This document shows, piece after piece, positions 47,701 to 59,945 of a stretch of 64,000 bases of DNA. Both the position numbers and the translations under genes were made by a program. The notes below the pieces were generated by a model. That model made no database searches. It was not told the origin of the DNA and saw nothing but the letters and a program-made list of their open reading frames with translations. Where the stretch lies: assembly GCF_001194135.2 (NCBI RefSeq), contig NC_068999.1:47608035-47672034 (forward strand). The letters are read 5' to 3'. Numbering within the stretch: position 1 is the stretch's first letter; the number at the start of each line of letters is the position of its first letter. Source of the stretch: Octopus bimaculoides (taxonomy: Eukaryota).

Positions 47701-50700
47701 GTTTCCTAGGTTAACTTTAATGTCAAAACTGAGAAAATTTCATTGTTCAATGCAAATGCTTACTAAAGTAATCAATTAATTAGAAGCATACAAAGTAACG
47801 ATGTGTTTCTTATAGACAAAGTGTGAAAAAACTTCTGAGATGATAGCTGCAGTGAAAGTCTTTCCATGTTTGAGAGCACACAAACACCACCATTTCCCAC
47901 TATTTCCACTTGCAGCAGGAAGTATACTACCATGAGATGGTTACCTCCAAGATATGAATCTATGTTACTGGATATACTTTATGTTAGTTTCATCTGCCAT
48001 ACTCTTCCATGCTGGCTTACGGCATACTGAAAGGGGATATTAATTTTGGAGTTTTCTTTCTCCTAGATTGATTGGGCCATGCCAATTCACCAATGCAGGT
48101 CTCATTTTTTGCAAGTGAGCATGCATTTCAGTGAGTTGATTGCAGTAAACCTCTGCTGTAATGCTCTGATTGGCTTCCAGAAAGCCATAATGGACAACAG
48201 CAATTGCAGACCACCAGACAGTCACCATAATCTTTTGCTGATGCAACTTTGGCTTCGGGAAATGTTTAGGGGACTCATCACGATCAAGCCATTGACCTGA
48301 TCGTTTAAGGGTTATCATAAGGGATCCACTTTTCATCACAAGTGACTATTTGGTCATGAAAAGGATCATTGGTGTTTCGCAGAAAGAGCATCGAGCACAC
48401 TTCCAAACGCTGAACTTTTCAATTTTCGTTGAGCTCATGCGGTACCCATTTATCGAGCTTTTTCACCTTACCAATCTTCTGCAGATTGCGTGAGACCGTT
48501 GCAATACCGACACTAAATGCCTGAGACATTTCTCTGACACTTTGACGTGGATTTTGTTCAACAACTGCTTTCAGTTGTTCACTGTCAAGACTGCATGGCC
48601 ATCCTCTACCTTCTTCATCTTCAAGGCTCTCATCACCACTACAGAATTTCTGAAACTACCTTTGTACTGTGTGATCACTTGTGGACCCCTCTCCCCATGC
48701 TCTGTTGATATTGGCAGCAGTTTGGGAGGTATTGTTCCCCAGCTTGAACTCATGCAAGAAAAGTAAGCAAAGGTCCTTTTTTTTGTCATGTTCATAATTA
48801 AGGGCGCCTGTGCTTCAAGAGTGTTTTCTGTCTTAAATAAGTAGAAAATTATTAAAGATCATGCATCAATTATTAAGTATGTCGAAATTCTCCTAAAATA
48901 TAATTAAGATACGATGATAAAGTTGCATTTCAAAACACAACACTTAGAATAGCCATTATTTTTGGGACAACCTAATAGTATTAATGGTTTAAATCTTATT
49001 GATTGTCATCTTCAAAGTAATGCTATGTTCACAGTTTTGTTTCAGTGGTCAACATACTCACTTCTTCATATACACGGTGAGACCAAATATCTTTAATGAA
49101 GTAAACACAATCTCGCTGAGTCATCCGTCGGTTACTAATTTTCCCTTCATATCTTAAGAGTTTCGGAACATCTGGAGAAAGACCCTATAAGAGAATGTGG
49201 AAACTTAAAACTACTTCAAAGAAACTTTATTATTGTCTAAATTTCAGTAAACTTAAAAATTTTTTTTACAATAATGGCACAGGTGTGACTGTGTGGTAAG
49301 AAGCTTGCTTTCCAACCACATGGTTCTGAGTTCAGTCCCACTGAACTCAGAAAGAAGCCCGTCATATATATATTTATGTGTGTGTCTTTGTGTCTGTGTT
49401 TTTATCCCAACCATTGCTTCATAGCCAATGTTGGTGTGTTTAGGTCCTCGTAACTTTCTTTTTCTACTCTAGGCACATTAGAATGTGGCCATTCTGGGGC
49501 ACTGCCTTGAAGAACTTCAGTCGAATGAATCAACCCCATGCTGAACCGCTAGCTTTTAAGGATGTAAACAAACCAACACCGGTTGTCAAGCGGTAGTGGG
49601 AGACAAACACAGACACAAAGACACACATACGTACACACACACACAGTCAAATCAAATGAACCTTAAAAATAACAATAAGAAACAAGATGTGCACATGGAA
49701 TATATTAGTCTGACGTTCAGTACACATATATATATATAAATTTGAAATGGAGATCAAAACAATAATTTTTTTTTTTTGTTTTGGTTTCCATTTCTAATTA
49801 ATATTTATATATTGATAAACTGTGTTTATTTTATTTATTTACCTATTTGTTAAGAGCGATAATTCATAACATTATTATTGATATAGGTAAAAAAAAACCA
49901 AAAACCCAGTAAATTCTTCAGATATTTAATATCCCTTAGATGGTTATTTAACACCTAGCTAAATTGTTATAAATATATATGACAGGTTTCATTTTACCAG
50001 ATCCACTCACAAGATTTTGGTCAGCCTAGGGCTATAGTAGAAGATGCCTACCCAAGGTGCCGTGCACTGGGACTGACCCCAGAAGTATGTGGTTGGGAAG
50101 CAAGCTTCTTATCACACAGTCACACCTTCGCCTAAATTACCTATCAAGAGTGGGAATGTGTGTATCATTAAAAAGCTAGAAGCTGCAGTTTTTCATCGTA
50201 GAAAAGACAGATTCCTTTGTGGACATATTGTGCTAAACAAAAAAATAATAATAAACATCAGAAAAACACTGTCTGTAGCTGGTCTTCTCTTGGAAAAGCC
50301 CTGCTTCTCACATGGACAACTGTATGTTGGCTGCTCAAGAGTGGGCAGCAAAAAAAACCTATTTGTATATGCTCCACAAGGGAAAACAAGGAACATTGTT
50401 TACAACGAGGTGTTATAATCACAACAGCAAGAAAGTATGTACATGATCACCTTCTTTTACGAAACTTCATTGACGTTCATATATTTATATTGATATACAT
50501 ATATATACGTGTGTTTGGGTGCGTGTGTGTATATACATCTCTATATATAAAGATGATGCGTAGTCTAGACGGCGTTTTTAGATTTCATTATTCTCTTTAA
50601 CCCGGGCAACACCGGGTATTTCTGCTAGTAATATAATAAAAGAGGTACTTTTTGACTAAAAACAGATCTTGTAGATTATATCGTGTAAGTTGGACATAGT

Positions 50701-52337
50701 CTGGATAGTTATACAATCACTTGCCTGTGCGATTAACCACTGATAAAGGAATCTTTACCAAAGGGGCCCGTTGTAGCCTCTGACTTTTCACCGATATACA
50801 TACGTTAACTATGTCATATAGACAAAGATTTTAACAAGTAAATAGTTATGTTTGGTCAAAATATTCTTGTTTAAAAGTTTGCTGGGTCAAGGTCGAAGGC
50901 TGCACCTATATCCAAACAGCAAGAATGACAACCTTGCAACTACCCGACAATAAATGGTACTCTTTGTTCTCTGACTCCGGCTTGTACTAACGCCATTTGT
51001 ACCATACATATGGTGTATGTGTGTCTTTGTGTTCGTGTTTGATTTGTTTAGATCCCTGTAATTTAGTCGTTCGCAAAAAGAGAAAGACAGAATAAACACT
51101 AAGCTTAAAAAAACCCCAAAACAAAACAAATATAAGAACTGAGGTCAATTTGTTTAACTCAGACCCATTGAGGCAGTGCCCCAGCATGGCTGCAGAAACA
51201 AATAAAAGAGTAAAAACAAATGATATTAAAAGACTGTAATAAATGAAGTTAATAGAAACCTTTCCAGTAAATGAAGTTATATCCATTTCAAGATGAGCAG
51301 CTTCTTTAGCACTGATAGTTTGTATTAAAACTTGTAAAAGTTCCTGGGAGGCTGCCTCAGAAGATATTTCTTGCCAGCTGACATCTTCGCCAGTGATATA
51401 GCCAATACATTTCTTCCAATGTTGTCTAAACAATGAAATATAAACAAGTGTTAGTTTTCTTAAAAAGAAAAATTATTTTAGGTATGTAACAACTATGACT
51501 ACCAAGTGTGGTGTATATGTTTACCCATTGTTCATTTTATCATAAAATATAAAGTTTTTGGTTTTGGTTGAAACTATGCAAGACTTTTCACAGGTTTAAA
51601 ATGTGGCATTGTTTTTGTTATCTTCATTCCAACGAAGAAGCTTTGTATGTTTGTTAGAAACCAGCTCCTTCTTCAGAAAAATTTTAATATTTATAAACAG
51701 AAAAGAGCATGCATAGCTACCTACCTACCAACCAACACACACAAGTTTCTTTCACTTTCTGTCAACCAAGACCAAATCTCATAAGTCAACCAAATCTCAT
51801 AAGTCAGCCAAATCTCAAAAGAAAGCCAGAGGCTAGAGTAGAAGACATTTGCCATGCAAGTTTGCCATACCAAAACATTGTTAACAGACTTATCAATGCC
51901 AAAGAGAAGTTTGTTTTTTATCAAATTTTCCAATAGCAAGAGACCATTTGAGTGTTGTTCAGGATGAGAATCCATACTGTGATGTGAATGTATGATATAA
52001 TTTTCTTATAAGAAACTTAAGTCCTACATATGTAATTCCAAGTAAATGTATCGTTTTGTGAGAAAATGTAATACATACATTGCTCCTGTTATTGACTGTA
52101 GTTTCTGCTGCTGTTGGTAATAATGGTTCCTTTCCTCTGTTAGATTTTGGTTCATCTTTAATAAAATTCTGTTTTAAAGAAAACAGAAAACATTGAGAAA
52201 CTTTTGACACAGCATAGAAATAGAATGTATTTTATTTAAACGTCAAAGAAAACAATTTAATCTTGATTTTAGAATCTTAATCAATTCTAGAAATCACTGA
52301 ACACAAACTGACTTCATTTCGCTTTATAATTGCATAT

Positions 52338-52377
<40 letters not shown>

Positions 52378-55300
52378 GAGGGGGGGACCCAAAAGAAACC
52401 GGAATTTTGCAATATTATTTTATTCATTTAGTTTTACATGTTTACACTTTTATCGCCTTCAAAGTATTCTCCATTTGAAGCAATGCATCGGTCCAGAGGC
52501 ATTTTCCACTATCCGAAGCAGTGCTGGAAGTCTTGAGAAGTGATGCCATTTAATACCTTCATCATTTTTATCTTCACCTCTTCTACATCTGCAAATTCCG
52601 TAACATCAGCTTTCGTCACCAGTGATGACCTTCAAATAAAAAATATCCAGTTGTGTGTGTGTGTGTGTGTGTGTCTGTGTTGGTAAGCAGTTTGAAGCAT
52701 GACAATTGCTTTGGCTGCTGTTTTCCCCAGCAGAAACCAGAATTTCATAGAAGCATGCTGTTCATTCATTTCAGCCATCACAAAGATCAACGAACAGGGG
52801 AAAAGTACTGCAAAAGAAAGATGCACCATGTTGCGGTACAACAGTACTTGATGCCACCAGTCAGTGAAATAAAATACCTCGCTCAAGAACACAATACGCA
52901 GCTCGGTTCGGGAATCGATCTCACAACCTCACGATCGTTAAGCTCAACGCTCTAACCACTGAGCCATGCGCCTTCACACACACACATATATAAATATATA
53001 TATACATACATACACACATACACCTTTTCTTCATCTTCTTCCTCCTCCTTCCCTTCCTCCTCCTTCCCTTCCTCCTCCTCTTCATCTTTTCGTAATTGTT
53101 ATTGCTGTTGTTATTCTTATTATTATTCACTGGTTCTTTTATCAACTCCAAAAGAATGAACGAGAAAGTCAACCTTAGCGAAATTTGAACTCAAAAACGT
53201 AAATTCAGAGGAAATACTGTCCTGTTTGCTGATGATTCTGCCAGCTCACCACCACCTTAAACTAGAATAAAATATTGAATAAAAATAGCAAAAGGTTGTG
53301 ATAATAGGATCAGATTTACCCATGTTCAGATTCAAATAGTTTGTAAGTGTTCAGTAAATCTTCATAGTTCATCTTTTCTTCCTGGAAAAAAAAAATAAAT
53401 AAATAAAAAAAATATTTTAATGCTTTGATCAAAAAATTTATAACCTATCAATGAGTTTTATACAATTTCTACAAATTTATTGGAGAAATACTCGAAATCT
53501 TCATCTGCAATAATTACCAAATTTAATTTCTTTCATTTATTTACAGACCAAGAACAAGATGGTTGGATTATATCTATAGTCTTAGTTGGTCATGCTTGGG
53601 AATCCAGCCAGAAAGAATAATGATGGTTGCTTATGATAGGACCCTTGATTAGCCGGGATTATGGTATACCTAGAGCAGATCTTCCTGTATTTTCTTTTAT
53701 CCAAAGCCAGGGACTTTTCAGTACACACCCACATATGAGACAAAGAAAATGGCTTACATCATATTTCTTTTTGACGGAATCATAATCTTTTTTTGGTATA
53801 ACATCACAATAATTTGCCGTTATTGTAGCAAACATTTGGCTTGCATTTCTTTCTTTTAGTTTTGCCTCTCTGCAATAGAAAGTAAGAGTGGAAAGAGTTC
53901 TCTCTCTTCAAATTCTATTCAATGTTATTAAGCGTTTAATTTCAGCAAAAGATAACATTTCTATTAACAAACTTTAAAAATAAACAGTGCTAATTAATAT
54001 TCTTTGTACTTATAGGCACAGGACCTAAAATTTTTTCGTGCAGGGGTGTGGCTGTGGGGTAGGGTGGGGGTTACCTGATTACATTGAACCTGGTGCTCAA
54101 CTGGTACTTATTTCATTGAACCTTGAAAGGATGAAAGGCAAAGTCAACCTTGGTGGAATTTGAACTCAGCACTTGAAGCCAGAAGAAATGCCACAATGCT
54201 TTTTGTCTGGCATGTTATTTCCACTAGCTCATTACCTAACAATGCTAATTAACATTGGTTTCACATTTTGGTACAAGGCCAGCAGTTTTGAGGAAGTTGG
54301 GTATATCGATTAAATCGACCCCGTGCTCAACTGGTACTCAAGTTATTGACCCCCGAAAGGATGAAATCGACCTCAAGATTCCAGTCACTGCTTGGAAACT
54401 AACCCCAAGATTCCGAGTTCGATTCCAAGCAATGACCTGAACAATAACAGTAATAATAATAACATCAAAAAATACCCAAGGAATGAGAACCCAGGTTCAA
54501 AATTTCCCCAAGACACCTGAAGAAGGCTGGAGGGTGTATCAGCCAAAACGCTGTGTTAACAACAAACAAGATGAGGACAATTATCCGTCAAATGTAAATA
54601 ATGTACGTATGGTAATGATTTCAAATCTTTGTCACAAAGGCAGCTTAATGATGGGGGTTAAGTTGATTACATTGACCCCAGTGAATAGCTGGTACTTATT
54701 TAATCGAGCCCGAAAGGATGAATGGCAGAGTCGACCTCGGCAGAATTTGAACTCAGAACATAGCGGCAGACGAAATGCCGCTAAGCATTTTGCCCAACAT
54801 GCTAACAATTCTGCCAGCACTCCACCCTTTTTAATATGTATGATAATGATAACGATAGATGATTAATGAACAGTAACAGCTATGATGCAGTGGTGGTAGT
54901 AGGAGTGGGGGCAGTGGTAATGACAGTGATGGAAGTGATAAGCAAAAACGCACATGACTGCATTCTTAAGAAGAACGGGATCTTCTTGGACTTCTGATGG
55001 TGGACAGTCTGACGGTCGGCGCTTCAGAATTTGTTTCATTGTGAATTGCTGCTGGGCATGAAGATGGTTTATTTCGGTGACTAACATCTTATGATGACTA
55101 AGCTCCTTATCATATTTCTCGTGAATATTGTTTACTTCCTCCTTCAATCTACTCAATATATATTCAATCTCCCTTTTATTCTCTAACAAAATGTTCACGT
55201 TTTTCTGCAGCCTGAGGTTCTGTTCTTCAACCAAAACAAGTTCTTCAAAAAGCAATACATAAAAAAGAAAAGAAAAAAAAAATCTAATATTAATCAAACA

Positions 55301-56572
55301 AGAAAAGATTGACAGAAATAGATCAGACAGGTGGACAAACAGGCACAGAGAGAGAGATGGATGGATAAATGTGAAAAAAATTAAAAAAAGAGCCTAAAGT
55401 AAGTTCCCTGGACATTGCTGCCTCAAGCTGTAGTACTCATAGGGCCAGTTACCTGGTTTGCATGGCATATAAGTGACCAAGATCACAACATTCCCCCTGA
55501 ATGGGCCACCAGTTAACTGAGTGTTACTCATTTACAGCTGAGTGGACTGGACCAATGTGAAATGAAGAGCTTTGCTCAAGGACAAAATGCATTGTAAGTT
55601 CTGGGAATCGAAACCACAATCTTATGGTCAGGAGTACAACAACCTAGCCATTAGGCCATGTGCCATCATGGATAAATGTATCTAGGAGTGAATAATAAGG
55701 TAGACAGACAAATAGCTAGGAAAAGAATGGAAGCAGAGAAAATGTGAAATATTGAGTGGGAAATGGAGAATGAACCTGGAACCATGTGGTTGGGAAGCAA
55801 GCTTCTTACCATGCAGCCACACCTGTATAGCTGTGGTTAAGAAGTTTGCTTCCAATCCATGTGGTTTCATGTTCAGTTCTAATGTAACAGACTATCAAAG
55901 CACTGGGAATGGATTTGGTAGACATCTGAATATACTTTTTTTTAAATATTCAAATTATTAGATATGGCCTTCACTGATATAATATCATTAATTATAATAT
56001 AATATTTCCTATGTGATATTTTACTTACAAAAAATTTACCTTACCTTGCTTCTTGTCCTCATAAACGTCCATGATCTTCTTCTCATATTTTTCAGCAGTA
56101 GTAACAACCATTTGCTGAAGAGCCAAATAAAATAGAAATAAAACTTAATTGCATTTTTCACAGCTACATATACATAAAAGGAGATATATAACTGCAGATG
56201 GATTATCGGCGATTTTGTCCTCCTTCGTCCTTCTTCCCTTTGAACTTTCCCATTTTTCCTGTTTCGGAAGAAGAGCTATGCTCAAAATAAAAAACAACTA
56301 CTCTTTTCCTTCTCTGAGTGTCATATTAATACATTGCTTGTGCTATGTCCTCTTTTTGTTTTTTAATTTTTTCTTTTTCTTTCTTCTCTGTTTTTTTTTT
56401 AAAATTAAATGTGCAGGAGTAGCTGTGTGGTAAGAAGCTTGCTTCCCAACCACATGGTTCTGGGTTCAGTCCCACTGTGTGGCACCTTGGGCAAATGTCT
56501 TCTATTGTAGCTTCAGGCCGACCAAAGCCTTGTGAGTGGATTTGGTAGACGGAAACTGAAAGAATCCTATCG

Positions 56573-56661
<89 letters not shown>

Positions 56662-59496
56662 ATGTATGTATGTATGTATGTATATATTTGTGTATGTGTC
56701 TTTGTTTGTGCCACCACCATCACTTGACAACTGATGTTGGTGTGTTTACATCTCCATAACTTAGCAGTTCAGCAAAAGAGACCAATAGAATAAGTACTAG
56801 GTTTACAAAGAACAAGTCCTGGGATTGATTTGTTTGACTAAAGGTGGTGCTCCAGCATGGCCAGACTGAAACAAATAAAAGAATAAAAGAACATACATAC
56901 ATGCATAATACATACACGCATACATACATACATGCATGTATGCATACACCCATCCATCCATCCATCCATCCATCCATCCATCCATCCATACATACATACA
57001 TTCTCCGTCCTTGTTTTCATATACCTTCGCTGCTTTCTTCCAAGGAATTTAGTGCTCTTAGCTTAGTTTTCCCTTGGGCCTGGCCAGATTGGAGCAATCT
57101 CGAGTATAACCTAACTGTCTGGATATTTTGCGTTCTTGTCCCATTTATGATGATGATGATGGTGGTGATGATGATACACACACACACACACACACAGTGG
57201 GATGGTTTCAGTTTCTGTCTACTAAATCCACTCACAAGGTTTTGGTCTGCCTGGTGCTACAGTAGAAGATACTTGTCTAAGGTGCCACATAATGGAACTG
57301 AAATATGTGGTTTGGAAGCAAACATCTTACCACAACAGCCAAATTTTATAAATTTTTATAAATTTTTGCAATATCTCAAACTCCTTCTTTCAATACTTTA
57401 CTCACCTTCATTAAATTTAATTCGTGGAGTTGCGACCGCAGTTTACTCAGAGTTAGGTCATATGAATTTTTGATAGAAGACAATAAACTTTTGTATGTCC
57501 TAAAGTTATCAATTAAATATTCAAAAGCTTCTTGGTGAGCCTATCGTAAAATAAAAGGATATTACAGTGATAAATAACATACAACATAGAGAAATATTAC
57601 ATGGAGATCAATAACGATTCAAAGTAATTCATTTAAAATATATGAAAAATGGTTTGGAAACATATTTACAAACAATGACAATAAAATCATAATTGTAGAT
57701 GTATGTGACAGTGTGTATATGCGTGTCCAGTCTTGAGCAAGGTACTTTATTCCATGTTGCTTCATTTCACTCAGCTGATAAAAATGAGTGATACCTGTAT
57801 TTCAAAGGGCCAGCCTTGTCACACTGAATTTCCCTGAGAACTACATGAAGGGTACGTGTGTCTGTGGAGTGCCAGTTTATGTGTGTGTGTGTGTGTGTGT
57901 GTGTATGCATGTGTATGTGTGTGTGTGTCTATGTATGTATGTATGTATGTATGTATGCATGTGTGTGTATGTGTATGTATGCATGTGTGTGTGTGTAATG
58001 CAGTTATAAAAACCTCTTAATCCACTGAGCTACTCAGAGATTCATAGTGTTTGGTTCTGAACCAAATCTCGCTTTACAGACCCTTGGATGACATCATTTT
58101 AGTAATTTGCTTGATCTGCCATTCATACATCTGTTGTCTCTCTGTCTGTCTGTTTGTCCATCTGGAGATGTGAAGTACAAGGCAAAACTTGCATGAGCTG
58201 CTCCAGACCCACGAGACATTTGAAAACCGATAAGGATCCCTGAGTGGCCTAATTGTCAGGCTGGAAACAGAGATTTAGTTTGCAGTCTTTGCAAACTTTC
58301 TAAGTCTCTCACTGGCTTCATGAGTCACTATCGATCTCATGTTCACAGGAACAATCAGTTATAAGTCAACCAGTTACTGATAGCCATGCTTGGCTAACAA
58401 GCAGACAGCCATCATGTATACACATATACATACACAATAGGTTTCTTTTAGTTTCTGGGCATAAAATAAAAGTTGTAATAAACAAATTCATTGAGAGTTT
58501 TACCTGCAGAGAAGTGTCATTAACATCATGACTGCTAACTCCAAGCAAATATAATTCTTTCTCCAAAAAGAATTCTAACTGTCTAAGTAATTTCGGTTTA
58601 TTTTTATTCTCCACACTTTCTTCATTCTCCCAAGATTCACTCTTACACACTGATGAGACATTGGTGTAGTTTTCAGATTTGCTAATGATAGTCCTTTCAT
58701 CAAAGCATGTTTTCTTCTTTGTGCTAACCTGTAAATAGAAATAAATCTTAGTGGCTGTGTGGTAAGAAGTTTGCTTCCCAACCAAATGGTTCTTGGTTCA
58801 GTCCTACTGCATGGTACTTTGGGTGAGTGCTTTCTACTATAGCCTCAGGCTGACCAAGGCCTTGTGAGTGGATTTGGTAGACGGAAACTGCAAGAAGCCT
58901 GTCATATATATATATATATATACAAATATACACATATATATACACACATACATACATACATACATACATACATACATACATGTAGATATATATATACATA
59001 CACACACACATAGTTATATGTATTATCTATGTGTGTGTGCCTTTGTGTCTGTATTCGTTCAGCCACCACCACTCAACAGTCAATGTTGGTGTGTTTATGT
59101 CCCCGTGACTTTGTGGTTCAGCAGAAGATATTGACAGAAAATCAGACATTTCATTCTTAATGACCTGATATATATATATATATATACACATACACGCATG
59201 TACATACATGTACACACACACATACATATATATATGACAGGCTTCTTTGAGATTTCATCTATGAAATTCATTTACAAGGCTCTGGTCAGTCTGGAGTTGC
59301 AGAAGAAGACACTTAGCTAAGGTGCCACTCAGTGAAATTGAAGCAAGTTTCTCGACCACACAACCATACCTTGCTATGCCCCCATTTTTTTTTTTAATTC
59401 AATTGTAGCAGAAAGGAAAAAAAAAATTACTTGTTTAGGAGATGGCAGTTCCAGTTTGTTGTCTACGGAATATGTGTCAGGTACCTTCGATTGCAT
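44080..59496 (-). CDS. TSNAXIP1: Translin-associated factor X-interacting protein 1, 14 coding exons, about 680 aa
   Basis: Exons in transcript order: 59431-59496, 58504-58728, 57406-57540, 56045-56114, 54954-55242, 53758-53869, 53320-53381, 52079-52168, 51260-51425, 49062-49184, 47486-47644, 46378-46605, 44855-44958, 44080-44293. All have AG/GT boundaries and join in phase to 2043 nt (681 codons including stop). Motifs match TSNAXIP1 as I recall it: KPKLLRQLEFFLEKEL, FEYLIDNFRTYKSLLSSIKNSYD, EDPVLL, ANYCDVIPKKDYD, HWKKC, VPKLLRYEGKISN, IKDIW, EWSYT, EGEIGPFL. Confidence 0.9.
44855..44958 (-). CDS. TSNAXIP1: TSNAXIP1 exon (SAEGEIGPFLSSIREWLRRAWKNYIENISKIIDI)
   Basis: ctaaatag acceptor, AA|gtaagt donor. 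Confidence 0.87.
46149..46314. repeat. Minisatellite, about 24-bp unit x7 (gatggttattttgagatgactgat / gatggttattttgaaatgattaaa)
   Basis: Read directly; the two variants alternate in the last copies, giving a 48-bp higher-order unit. Confidence 0.9.
46378..46605 (-). CDS. TSNAXIP1: TSNAXIP1 exon (LEESVYHCQEIF...YITKTEFHTLLEDFL...VEKLLHE), degenerate EF-hand-like region
   Basis: tttcaacag acceptor, GAG|gtaaat donor; overlaps ORF 46354..46560. Confidence 0.9.
47486..47644 (-). CDS. TSNAXIP1: TSNAXIP1 exon (ESSLTEFLEAYMTKQYPDETLRIEWSYTFYFTLKQLSPINNYIKLFWKILNEE)
   Basis: tttttatag acceptor, GAG|gtatag donor. Confidence 0.92.
48060..48977 (-). mobile_element. Mariner-family transposon relic, 3'-truncated, in a TSNAXIP1 intron
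   Basis: TIR TA-TTAGGTTGTCCCAAAAATAATGG at the right end; degenerate N-terminus (MTKKRTF...); central QWLDRDESPKHFPKPKLHQQKIMVTVWW...ITAEVYCNQL...LVN; stops and frameshifts. Confidence 0.88.
49062..49184 (-). CDS. TSNAXIP1: TSNAXIP1 exon (GLSPDVPKLLRYEGKISNRRMTQRDCVYFIKDIWSHRVYEE)
   Basis: ctcttatag acceptor, GAA|gtgagt donor. Confidence 0.93.
50255..50628 (+). mobile_element. Helitron 3' fragment (Pif1-helicase C-terminus plus terminal hairpin and CTAG)
   Basis: Peptide KTLSVAGLLLEKPCFSHGQLYVGCSRVGSKKNLFVYAPQGKTRNIVYNEVL*; hairpin ACCCGG-GCAACA-CCGGGT at 50600-50617; CTAG at 50625-50628 followed by T. Confidence 0.88.
51260..51425 (-). CDS. TSNAXIP1: TSNAXIP1 exon (QHWKKCIGYITGEDVSWQEISSE...DITSFTGK)
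   Basis: ttgtttag acceptor, AAG|gtttct donor; within ORF 50987..51433. Confidence 0.9.
51772..51817. repeat. 18-bp tandem repeat x2.5 (ccaaatctcataagtcaa)
   Basis: Read directly. Confidence 0.85.
52079..52168 (-). CDS. TSNAXIP1: TSNAXIP1 exon (ILLKMNQNLTEERNHYYQQQQKLQSITGA)
   Basis: ttaaaacag acceptor, AAT|gtatgt donor. Confidence 0.88.
52376..52790 (-). mobile_element. Internally deleted mariner-like element
   Basis: TIR-like tacgagggggggacccaaaagaaaccggaa at the left end; C-terminal remnant (DFQHCFG*W...DRCIASNGEYFEGD); N-terminal remnant (MAEMNEQHASMKFWFLLGKTAAKAIVMLQTAY) separated from it by (GT)n. Confidence 0.7.
53320..53381 (-). CDS. TSNAXIP1: TSNAXIP1 exon (EEKMNYEDLLNTYKLFESEH)
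   Basis: ttttccag acceptor, GG|gtaaat donor. Confidence 0.87.
53758..53869 (-). CDS. TSNAXIP1: TSNAXIP1 exon (EAKLKERNASQMFATITANYCDVIPKKDYDSVKKKYD)
   Basis: ctattgcag acceptor, GAT|gtaagc donor. Confidence 0.9.
54513..54556 (+). ncRNA. Degenerate minimal hammerhead motif
   Basis: acac-CTGAAGA-A-ggctg-loop-cagcc-AAAAC-GCT-gtgt. Stems I (ACAC/GUGU) and II (GGCUG/CAGCC) pair perfectly, but core positions G12 and U16.1 are substituted. Confidence 0.45.
54954..55242 (-). CDS. TSNAXIP1: TSNAXIP1 coiled-coil exon (ELVLVEEQNLRLQK...QEDPVLLKNAV)
   Basis: ttttgaag acceptor, CAT|gtgcgt donor; phases fit both neighbours; within ORF 54863..55297. Confidence 0.88.
56045..56114 (-). CDS. TSNAXIP1: TSNAXIP1 exon (QMVVTTAEKYEKKIMDVYEDKKQ)
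   Basis: ctcttcag acceptor, CAAG|gtaagg donor; phase 1. Confidence 0.88.
56411..56890 (+). mobile_element. tRNA-derived SINE family A, near full-length representative
   Basis: A-box-like tagctgtgtggtaag, B-box-like gggttcagtccc, internal (TA)/(TG)n. Other copies (approximate): + 11461-11620, 15480-15725, 41920-42080, 47250-47460, 49276-49620, 58748-59140, 63082-63368; - 1975-2125, 39050-39185, 49995-50125, 57190-57340, 59240-59365. Confidence 0.8.
57406..57540 (-). CDS. TSNAXIP1: TSNAXIP1 exon (AHQEAFEYLIDNFRTYKSLLSSIKNSYDLTLSKLRSQLHELNLMK)
   Basis: ttttacgatag acceptor, AAG|gtgagt donor; TSNAXIP1 N-terminal domain core. Confidence 0.94.
58504..58728 (-). CDS. TSNAXIP1: TSNAXIP1 exon (VSTKKK...KPKLLRQLEFFLEKELYLLGVSSHDVNDTSLQ)
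   Basis: tttacag acceptor, CAG|gtaaaa donor; within ORF 58366..58785. Confidence 0.92.
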
Positions 59497-59499
59497 CGT
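59431..59499 (-). CDS. TSNAXIP1: TSNAXIP1 first coding exon (ATG at 59496; MQSKVPDTYSVDNKLELPSPKQ)
   Basis: cttatctttaag acceptor 3 nt before the ATG; CAA|gtaatt donor; phase 0. Confidence 0.7.
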
Positions 59500-59744
59500 C
59501 TTAAAGATAAGCAGTAGAAAGATTTAAATTCATTTTATTTCAAATTCTTTATAGAAAAGTCATTTTCATTCTTATAAAATATAACAATCTTTTTCAATTA
59601 ACAACAATAGCATATTTATTATTATTATTTTCTTGTTATTAATTTGTCATCATTGTTGTTATCATTATTATTATTACTATAACTATTATTATTATTACTA
59701 TCATTATTATTATCATTATTATTATTATTATTATTAAAAAGACA

Positions 59745-59945
59745 GTAAGCTGGCAGAACTGTTAGCATACTGAGCAAAATGCTTTGTGTCTGTCTTTACG
59801 TTATGAGTTCAAATTCCACTGAGTTTGACTTTGCCTTTCATTCTTTCGGGGTCGATAAATTAAGTATCGGTCAAGTAGTAGGGTCGATGTAATAGACTTA
59901 CCTCCTGCCCCAAAATTTCAGACTTTGTGCCTTTAGTAGAAAGGA
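59745..59945 (+). mobile_element. SINE family B representative (gagctggcagaatcgttagc...ctgagttcaaattcc...tttgcctttcatcctttcggggtcgat...)
   Basis: Ends in (ATT)n. Other copies (approximate): + 3100-3250, 15130-15295, 24116-24350, 33988-34202, 36268-36460, 36720-36950, 45620-45752; - 2545-2730, 14695-14877, 53165-53258, 54010-54235, 54255-54372, 54620-54826. Confidence 0.8.

Noticed and set aside
56420-56480. tRNA-like A and B boxes
   Set aside because: These are SINE heads (many diverged copies, no cloverleaf with an anticodon arm), not tRNA genes.
56844-57473. 209-aa + strand ORF
   Set aside because: Built from SINE, (CATC)n/(CATA)n repeats and the antisense of a TSNAXIP1 exon.
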